A stretch of DNA of 64,000 nucleotides from NCBI GenBank assembly GCA_030390025.1, contig JASTWF010000035.1, positions 434,001-498,000 on the forward strand. The letters are read 5' to 3'. A program made the position numbers and the translations under genes. This document shows, in pieces, positions 55,674 to 64,000 of the stretch (position 1 is the first letter of the stretch; the number at the start of each line of letters is the position of its first letter). Below the pieces are notes generated by a model. The model had not been told where the DNA came from, did no database searches, and was given only the letters and a program-made list of their open reading frames with translations. This stretch comes from Squalus acanthias. Its lineage: Eukaryota.

Positions 55674-55783
55674 GTGTGACGGTCAATGCTGTTCATCCGG
55701 GAGTGGTGATGACGGAGGTGACGAGGAATTACAATCTGTGCTCACGAGTCATCTTCAAACTGATTGGAATCTTCTTCTTCAAG
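55674..55783 (+). CDS. Internal exon D of the RDH-like SDR
   Basis: cag acceptor, AAG|gtcagt donor; GVTVNAVHPGVVMTEV (HPG motif). Confidence 0.93.
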
Positions 55784-55876
55784 GTCAGTGCCCACGAGAG
55801 GCATCAGTCACATGCCCGCCTCGATGCCAAGGGCAACTCTGAGTGCCTGGTGATTCTCAGTGTGCCTGGCTCGGAT

Positions 55877-56200
55877 AAAGAAAGGAGGAACTTGGATTTA
55901 TGTGGCACCTTGCACGACCTCACGACGTCCCGAAGCACTTTACTATTGAAGTGTAGTCACGGTTGTAATGAGGGAATTTGCACACAGCAAGCCCCCACAA
56001 ACAGCAACGTGATAATGACCAAATTAGTTCTTTCTTACTGATGTTGGTTGAGGGATAATTATTGGCCAGAACACCAGTGCGAACTCCCCTGCTCTGCTTT
56101 GATTAGTGCCACGGGATCTTTTACATGCAGCTGAGAGAGCAGACGGGGACTCTGTAAAATGTCTCATTTGAAAGATGGCACCTCCGACGGTGCAGCGCTC
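55877..56200 (-). mobile_element. SINE fragment, DeuSINE (SacSINE1-like)
   Basis: Recognised from memory: GGGATCTTTTAC...GAGAGCAGACGGGG...TCTCAT...GAAAGATGGCACCTCCGAC core and an L2-like tail. Confidence 0.55.
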
Positions 56201-56690
56201 CCTCTCTACTGCCCCTCCGACACTGCAGCGCTCCCTCTCTACTGCCCCTCTGACAGTGCAGCGCTCCCTCAGTACTGCCCCTCCGAAACTGCAGCGCTCC
56301 CTCAGTACTGCCCCTCCGACACTGCAGCGCTCCCTCAGTACTGCCCCTCCGACAGTGCAGCGCTCCCTCTCTACTACCCCTCCAACACTGCAGCGCTCCC
56401 TCAGTACTGTCCCTCTGACAGTGCAGCGCTCCCTCTCTACTACCCCTCCAACACTGCAGCGCTCCCTCAGTACTGCCCCTCTGACAGTGCAGCGCTCCCT
56501 CAGTACTGCCCCTCTAACAGTGCAGCTCTCCCTCAGTACTGCCCCTCTGACAGTGCAGCGCTCCCTCTCTACTACCACTCCGACAGTGCGGCGCTCCCTC
56601 GCTACTGCCCCTCCAACAGTGCAGCACTCCCTCAGTACTGCCCCTCTGACACAGCAGCGCTCCCTCTCTACTGCCCCTCCGACAGAGCAG
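56181..56690. repeat. 33-bp tandem repeat (CCTCCGACAGTGCAGCGCTCCCTCAGTACTGCC), about 15 copies
   Basis: 11-aa periodicity in the overlying ORFs; contiguous with the SINE core. Confidence 0.92.
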
Positions 56691-59600
56691 CTCTCCCTTC
56701 ACTGTACTCCTCTCCCTTCACTGTACACCTCTCCCTTCACTGTACACCTCTCCCTTCACTGTACACCTCTCCCTTCACTGTACACCTCTCCCTTCACTGT
56801 ACACCTTGCCCTTCATTGTACACCTCTCCCTTCACTGTACTCCTCTCCCTTCACTGTACACCTCTCCCTTCACTGTACACCTCTCACTTCACTGTACTAC
56901 TCTCCCTTCACTGTACACCTCCCCCTTCACTGTACACCACTCCATTCACTGTACTCCTCTCCCTTCACTGTACACCTCTCCCTTCACTGTACACCTCTCC
57001 CTTCACTGTACTCCTCTCTGCTCCCTGTACACCTCTCCGCTCTCTGTACACCTCTCGCTTCACTGTACTCCTCTCCCTTCACTGTATACCTCTCCCTTCA
57101 CAGTACTCCTCTCCCTTCACTGTACTCCTCTCCCTTCACAGTACTCCTATCCCTTCACTGTACTCCTCTCCGCCCCCTGTACACCTCTCCGCTCCCTGTA
57201 CACCTCTCCGCTCCCTGTACACCTCTCGCTTCACTGTACACCTCTCTCTTCACTGTACTCCTCTCCCTTGACTGTACACCTCTCCCTTCACTGTACTCCT
57301 CTCCCTTCACTGTGCACTTCTCCCTTCACTGTACACCTCTCCCTTCACTGTACACCTCTCCCTTCACTGTACACCTCTCCCTTCACTGTACTCCTCTCCC
57401 TTCACTGTATTCCTATCCCTTCACTGCACTCCTCTCCGCTCCCTGTACACCTCTCCGCTCCCTGTACACCTCTCCGCTCTCTGTACACCTCTCGCTTCAC
57501 TGTACACCTCTCTCTTCACTGTACTCCTCTCCATTCACTGTACTCCTATCCCTTCACTGTACTCCTCTCCGCCCCCTGTACACCTCTCCGCTTCCTGTAC
57601 ACCTCTCCGCCCCCTGTACACCTCTCCGCTTCCTGTACACCTCTCCGCTCCCTGTACACCTCTCCCTCACTGTACTCCTCTCCCTTCACTGTATACCTCT
57701 CCCTTCACTGTACTCCTCTCCCTTCACTGTACTCCTCTCCCTTCGCTGTACACGTCAACCTACGCTGTACACCGCTCCCTTCGCTGTAGTCCTCTCCCTT
57801 CACTGTACTCCTCTCCCTTCACTGTACAACTCTCCCTTCACTGTACTCCTCTCCCTTCACTGTACTCCTCTCCCTTCGCTGTACACGTCAACCTACGCTG
57901 TACACCTCTCCCTACGCTGTACACCTCTCCCTTCGCTGTACACCTCTCCCTTCACTGTACTCCTCTCCCTTCACTGTACACCTCTCCCTTCACTGTACAC
58001 CTCTCCCTTCACTGTACTCCTTCCCTTCACTGTACACCTCACCCTTCACTGTACTCCACTCCCTTCACTGTACTCCTCTCCTTTCACTGTACACCTCTCC
58101 CTTCACTGTACACCTCTCCCTTCACTGTACACCTCACCCTTCACTGTACTCCACTCCCTTCAATGTACACCTCTCCCTTCACTGTACTCCTCTCCCTTCA
58201 CTGTACTCCTCTCCCTTCACTGTACTCCTCTCCTTTCACTGTACACCTCTTCCTTCACTGTACACCTCTCCCTTCACTGTACTCCTCTCCCTTCACTGTA
58301 CTCCTCTCCCTTCACTGTACTCCTCTCCCTTCACTGTACACCTCTCCCTTCACTGTACTCCTCTCCCTTCACTGTACTCCTCTCCCTTCACTGTACACCT
58401 CTCCCTTCACTGTACACCTCTCCCTTCACTGTACTCCTCTCCCTTCACTGTACTCCTCTCCCTTCACTGTACACCTCGCCCTTCACTGTAAACCTCTCCC
58501 TTCACTGTACTCCTCCCCCTTCACTGTACTCCTCTCCCTTCACTGTACACCTCTCCCTTCACTGTACTCCTCTCCCTTCACTGTACACCTCTCCCTTCAC
58601 TGTACTCCTCTCCCTTCACTGTACTCCTCTCCCTTCACTGTACTCCTCTCCCTTCACTGTACACCTCTCCCTTCACTGTACTCCTCTCCCTTCACTGAAC
58701 ACCTCTACCTTCACTGTACACCTCTCCCTTCACTGTACACCTCTCCCTTCACTGTACTCCTCTCCCTTCACTGTACACCTCTCCCTTCACTGTACAACTC
58801 TCCCTTCACTGTACACCACTCCCTTCACTGTACACCTCTCCCTTCACTGTACTCCTCTCCCTTCACTGTATACCTCGCCCTTCACTGTAATCCTCTCCCT
58901 TCACTGTACTCCTCTCCCTTCACTGTACACCTCTCCCTTCACTGTACAACTCTCCTTTCACTGTACACCTCTCCCTTCACTGTATACCTCGCCCTTCACT
59001 GTAATCCTCTCCCTTCAATGTACTCCTCTCCCTTCACTGTACACCTCTCCCTTCACTGTACTCCTCACCTTTCACTGTACACCTCGCCCTTCACTGTAAT
59101 CCTCTCCCTTCACTGTACACCTCTCCCTTCACTGTACTCCTCTCCCTTCACTGTACAACTCTCCCTTCACTGTACTCCTCTCCCTTCACTGTACTCCTCT
59201 CCCTTCACTGTACACCTCCCCCTTCACTTTACTCCTCTCCCTTCACTGTACAACTCTCCCTTCACTGTACACCTCTCCCTTCACTGTACACCTTTCCCTT
59301 CACTTTACACCTCTCCCTTCACTGTACACCTCTCCCTTCACTGTACACCTTTCCCTTCACTTTACACCTCTCCCTTCACTGTACACCTCTCCCTTCACTG
59401 TACTCCTCTCCATTCACTGTACTCTCTCCCTTCACTGTACTCCTCTACCTTCTCTGTACACCTCTCCCTTCACTGTACACCTCTCCCTTTACTGTACACC
59501 CCTCCCTTCACTGTCCTCCTCTCCCTTCACTGTACTCCTCTCCCTTAACTGTTCACCTCTCCCTTCACTGTACACCTCTCCCTTCACTGTACACCTCTCC

Positions 59601-60150
59601 CTTCACTGTACTCCTCTCCCTTCACTGTACCCCTATCCCTTCACTGTACTCCTCTCCGCTCCCTGTACACCTCTCCGCTCCCTGTACACCTCTCCGCTCC
59701 CTGTACACCTCTCGCTTCACTGTACACCTCTCTCGTCACTGTACTCCTCTCCCTTGACTGTACACCTCTCCCTTCACTGTACTCCTCTCCCTTCACTCTA
59801 TACCTCTCCCTTCACTGTACTCCTCTCCCTTCGCTGTACACGTCAACCTACGCTGTACACCTCTCCCTTCGCTGTACACCTCTCCCTTCACTGTACTACT
59901 CTCCCTTCACTGTCCACCTCTCCCTTCACTGTACTCCTCTCCCTTCACTGTACACCTCTCCCTTCACTGTACACCTCACCCTTCACTGTACTCCTCTCCC
60001 TTCACTGTACACCTCTCCCTTCACTGTACACCTCACCCTTCACTGTACTCCTCTCCCTTCACTGTACACCTCACCCTTCACTGTACTCCTCTCCCTTCAC
60101 TGTACACCTCTCCCTTCACTGTACACCTCTCCCTTCACTGTACTCCTCTC
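56691..60150. repeat. 20-bp pyrimidine-rich minisatellite (CTCTCCCTTCACTGTAC(A/T)C), left part
   Basis: Directly visible tandem array. Confidence 0.97.
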
Positions 60151-61796
60151 TGTAGAATTCGCAATATATCGCGATTTTATTAATAAGGAGAAAACACAAA
60201 GTTTTGTTCAAACAGCTTTTATTTCAGTAGAATGCTGGCAGGTTTAAAGTGGACACAAGCAGCCTGTAAAATGGCCGCCGCACCTCGTGACAGAACATTC
60301 TAGACTTTTCAACAGGCAGACAAGATGGCGTTCCAATAAACATTTGTGCAAGATCGATTAAGATTCAGCACAGTGAAGATAATACACGAGACATTATGGG
60401 TTTGCAGTATACACATAGATACTGAAATCGGTCTCCCAGGTACAAAGGAAGGCCATTGTACCGAGTAATCAAGGGCCCATCCAAAAGACATTAATATGTA
60501 AAATCCCAACGACTCTACGATGAGAGAGCCGTTAGCAGGTAGTTATACAGGACACTTGGAAGCCCCAAACCCCTCCAGGGAGAACACCGACCGATTTAAC
60601 AATGGGAGAAATATTAACAGGTACTCAGACATTTACGAGTAGCCCCGAAACCCATTAAGAACGGAGATCACCCATACAAGACATTTGAGCGCCAGACCTC
60701 AAACAAAAGAATGGACATTATAGTTGGGCGGGAAACGGAAGATTTTGCACTATAATTGCAGGCTCCAAACCGTCCATTCTCTCTCTCTTGCTCCTGTGCT
60801 TTTATCCGGTCGATTCGTAACCTCGTGGCTGCTCCTGTGTACTCGTAGTTGGGCTCGCTCCTGCTTGCCTGTTGCCTCTTCTGAAAAGACTGTTGAACTT
60901 TCTGATCCGTTCGGATCTACCTCGTGTCACGTAACGAAGACCTATGTTGGTAACTGGCAGCGGAACCGAAGGCCCGAGATGAGATAAGATGAGATGAGAT
61001 GAGAAGAGAGGAAGACCATATCCATCGCCACGGTCAGTAAATCCCGACCGCGCCTGTAGGTCGATTATCCAAGTTTTCCTCGCCAGGAAGACTTCTTTGA
61101 ACTTGCAAGGAAACATATCGTATCGACGATATCGATAACTGTGCTCGAAGAGTACCTGTTAAACCAACCAACACAGGTCTTCATCACAGCAGACGGTCCA
61201 GCCTGCTAGCCGGAGCAGCAGAAGCAAGTAAACAAGTGGGACCAGGAGATCTCCTGACCGACACGTGGGTGCTGCGGTGAAAAACATCCGATCAGCTATT
61301 CGGAATTTCTCCGAGTTATCACGAGTGGTGAGCATGAGTCTCGAAATCCTACGAATCTAGTTTAGGATAGATATTGATAGGGGAGGGTTTAAGGATTAAG
61401 GATATTTGTAATGTGTGCCCCTATTTATTTTGTGCCGTTCGTTCCTCGTTTCCCTAAGATCGACTATATAACTGTTTGTAAGATTGTACTGTCATTAATC
61501 TGTGCTTATGACATGTATTTCATAATTTTAAGTAACATGCAATAAAGATTTTCCATTTCGTACCATTCAAACCAAGTCTACATGAGTTTTATCCCCATTA
61601 CTGCTCTCGCATCTAAGTCCAGTGTCTAGAACCGTAAGGGAGAGTGATTCGAACCACTCACAGGTGTGTCTAGTGTTCCCAGACTGGCTGGAGACCAGAA
61701 CAGGCAACAAGGCCTAGACCCGCACTGACATACAGGCTGCACAGAGCCGCGTGAATCTCACAGGCTGCGAGACACGCAGGGTCAGAATCCCTTACA
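60151..61796 (+). mobile_element. Solo LTR (1646 bp) of a sister subfamily of the intact ERV
   Basis: Collinear with 36432-38039 but with many substitutions and indels; TSD TCTC (60147-60150 and 61797-61800). Confidence 0.95.
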
Positions 61797-64000
61797 TCTC
61801 CCTTCATTGTATACCTCTCCCTTCACTGTACTCCTCACCCATCACTGTACAAATCCCCTTCGCTGTACACCTCCCTTCGCTGTACACCTCTCCCTTCACT
61901 CTACTCCTCTCCCTTCACTGTACACCTCTCCCTTCACTGTACTCCTCTCCCTTCACTGTACACCTCTCCCTTCACTTTACACCTCTCTCTTCAGTGTACC
62001 CTCTCCCTTCTCTGTACACCTCACCCTTCACTGTGCTCCTCACCTTTCACTGTACTCCTCTCCCTTCACTGTACACCTCTCCCTTCACTGTACTCCTCTC
62101 TCTTCACTGTACTCCTCTCCCTTCACTGTAGACCTTTCCCTTCACTGTACTCACTCCCTTCACTGTACACCTCTCCCTTCACTGTACACCTCTCCCTTCA
62201 CTGTTCACCTCTCCCTTCACTGTTCACCTCTCCCTTCACTGTACATCTCTACCTTCACTGTACACCTCTCCCTTCACTGTACTCCTTTCCCTTCACTGTA
62301 CTCCTCTCCGCTCCCTGTACACCTCTCCGCTCCCTGTACACCTATCCGCTCTCTGTACACCTCTCCCTTCACTGTACACCTCTCTCTTCACTGTACTCCT
62401 CTCCCTTCACTGTACTCCTATCCCTTCACTGTACTCCTCTCCGCCCCCTGTACACCTCTCCACTCCCTGTACACCTCTCCGCTCTCTGTACACCTCTCGC
62501 TTCATTGTACACCTCTCTCTTCACTGTACTCCTCTCCCTTCACTCTACTCCTATCCCTTCACTGTACTCCTCTCCGCTCCCTGTACACCTCTCCGCTCCC
62601 TGTACACCTATCCGCTCTCTGTACACCTCTCCCTTCACTGTACACCTCTCTCTTCACTGTACTCCTCTCCCTTCACTGTACTCCTATCCCTTCACTGTAC
62701 TCCTCTCCGCCCCCTGTACACCTCTCCGCTCCCTGTACACCTCTCTGCTCCCTGTACACCTCTCGCTTCACTGTACACCTCTCTCTTCACTGTACTCCTC
62801 TCCCTTGACTGTATACCTCTCCCTTCACTGTACTCTACTCCCTTCACTGTACACCTCTCCCTTCACTGTATACCTCTCCCTTCACTGTACTCTACTCCCT
62901 TCACTGTACACCTCTCCCTTCGCTTTACACGTCAACCTACGCTGTACACCTCTCCCTTCGCTGTACACCTCTCCCTTCACTGTACTCCTCTCCCTTCACT
63001 GTACACCTCTCCCTTCACTGCACACCTCTCCCTTCACTGTACTCCTCTCCCTTCACTGTACACCTCTCCCTTCACTGTACACCTCTCCCTTCACTGTACA
63101 CCTCTCCCTTCACTGTACACCTCTCCCTTCACTGTACACCTCACCCTTCACTCTACTTCTCTCCCTTCACTGTAAACCTCTCCCTTCACTGCACACCTCT
63201 CCCTTCACTGTACTCCTCTCCCTTCACTGTACACCTCTCCCTTCACTGCACACCTCTCCCTTCACTGTACTCCTCTCCCTTCACTGTACACCTCTCCCTT
63301 CACTGTACACCTCTCCCTTCACTGTACACATCACCCTTCACTCTACTTCTCTCCCTTCACTGTACACCTCTCCCTTCACTGTACTCCTCTCCCTTCACTG
63401 TACACCTCTCCCTTCACTGTACTCCTCTCCCTTCACTGTACACCTCTCCCTTCACTGTACTCCTCTCTCTTCACTGTACACCTCTCCCTTCACTGTACAC
63501 CTAACCCTTCACTGTACTCCTCTCCCTTCACTGTACACCTCTCCATTCACTGTACACCTCTCCCTTCACTGTACTCCTCTCCCTTCACTGTATAACTTTC
63601 CCTTCACTGTACTCCTCACCCATCACTGTACAAATCCCCTACGCTGTACACCTCTTCCTTCACTGTACTCCTCTCCCTTCACTGTACACCTCTCCCTTCA
63701 CTTTACACCTCTCTCTTCAGTGTACCCCTCTCTCTTCACTGTACACCTCTCCCTTCACTGTGCTCCTCACCTTTCACTGTACTCCTCTCCCTTCACTGTA
63801 CTCCTCTCCCTTCACTGTACACCTCTCCCTTCACTGTACTCCTCTCTCTTCACTGTACTCCTCTCCCTTCACTGTAGACCTTTCCCTTCACTGTACTCCT
63901 TTCCCTTCGCTGTACTCCTCTCCGCTCCCTGTACACCTCTCCGCTCCCTGTACACCTCTCCGCTCTCTGTACACCTCTCGCTTCACTGTACACCTCTCTC
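61797..64000. repeat. 20-bp minisatellite, right part (runs off the window)
   Basis: Same unit resumes after the solo LTR. Confidence 0.97.

Noticed and set aside
56159..62808. Long ORFs up to 974 aa (SLHCTPLPSLYTSPF)
   Set aside because: Products of 20-bp and 33-bp repeats that lack stop codons; several frames are open at once.

Overview
Vertebrate genomic DNA, not prokaryotic; the repeat complement (CR1 LINEs, Penelope ends, a DeuSINE-like SINE) suggests a cartilaginous fish, which is an inference. The window covers four phase-compatible internal exons of a + strand retinol-dehydrogenase-like SDR gene (2078-2317, 27753-27842, 50225-50416, 55674-55783) whose introns are almost entirely mobile DNA and minisatellites. 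The main element is an apparently intact, very young 12.6-kb endogenous retrovirus (36432-49025). It has apparently identical 1608-bp LTRs, a GAGA target-site duplication (TSD), a gag ATG inside the primer-binding site (PBS), gag-pol joined by an in-frame UGA-CUAG readthrough context, and a tether plus second RNase H. Its Env resembles a paramyxo/pneumovirus F-type class I fusion protein (lokiretrovirus-like) and appears to carry an N-terminal immunoglobulin domain. Four solo LTRs share a U5 hairpin with it whose loop is complementary to the tRNA T-loop. Also present: a Gypsy element whose gag-protease junction is replaced by a telomeric tract plus an internal CR1 piece, a tandem duplication of that region, a near full-length CR1 within nested MITEs, Penelope fragments with minimal hammerhead motifs, and large 42-bp and 20-bp minisatellites. 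All calls are by eye; no database search was run.
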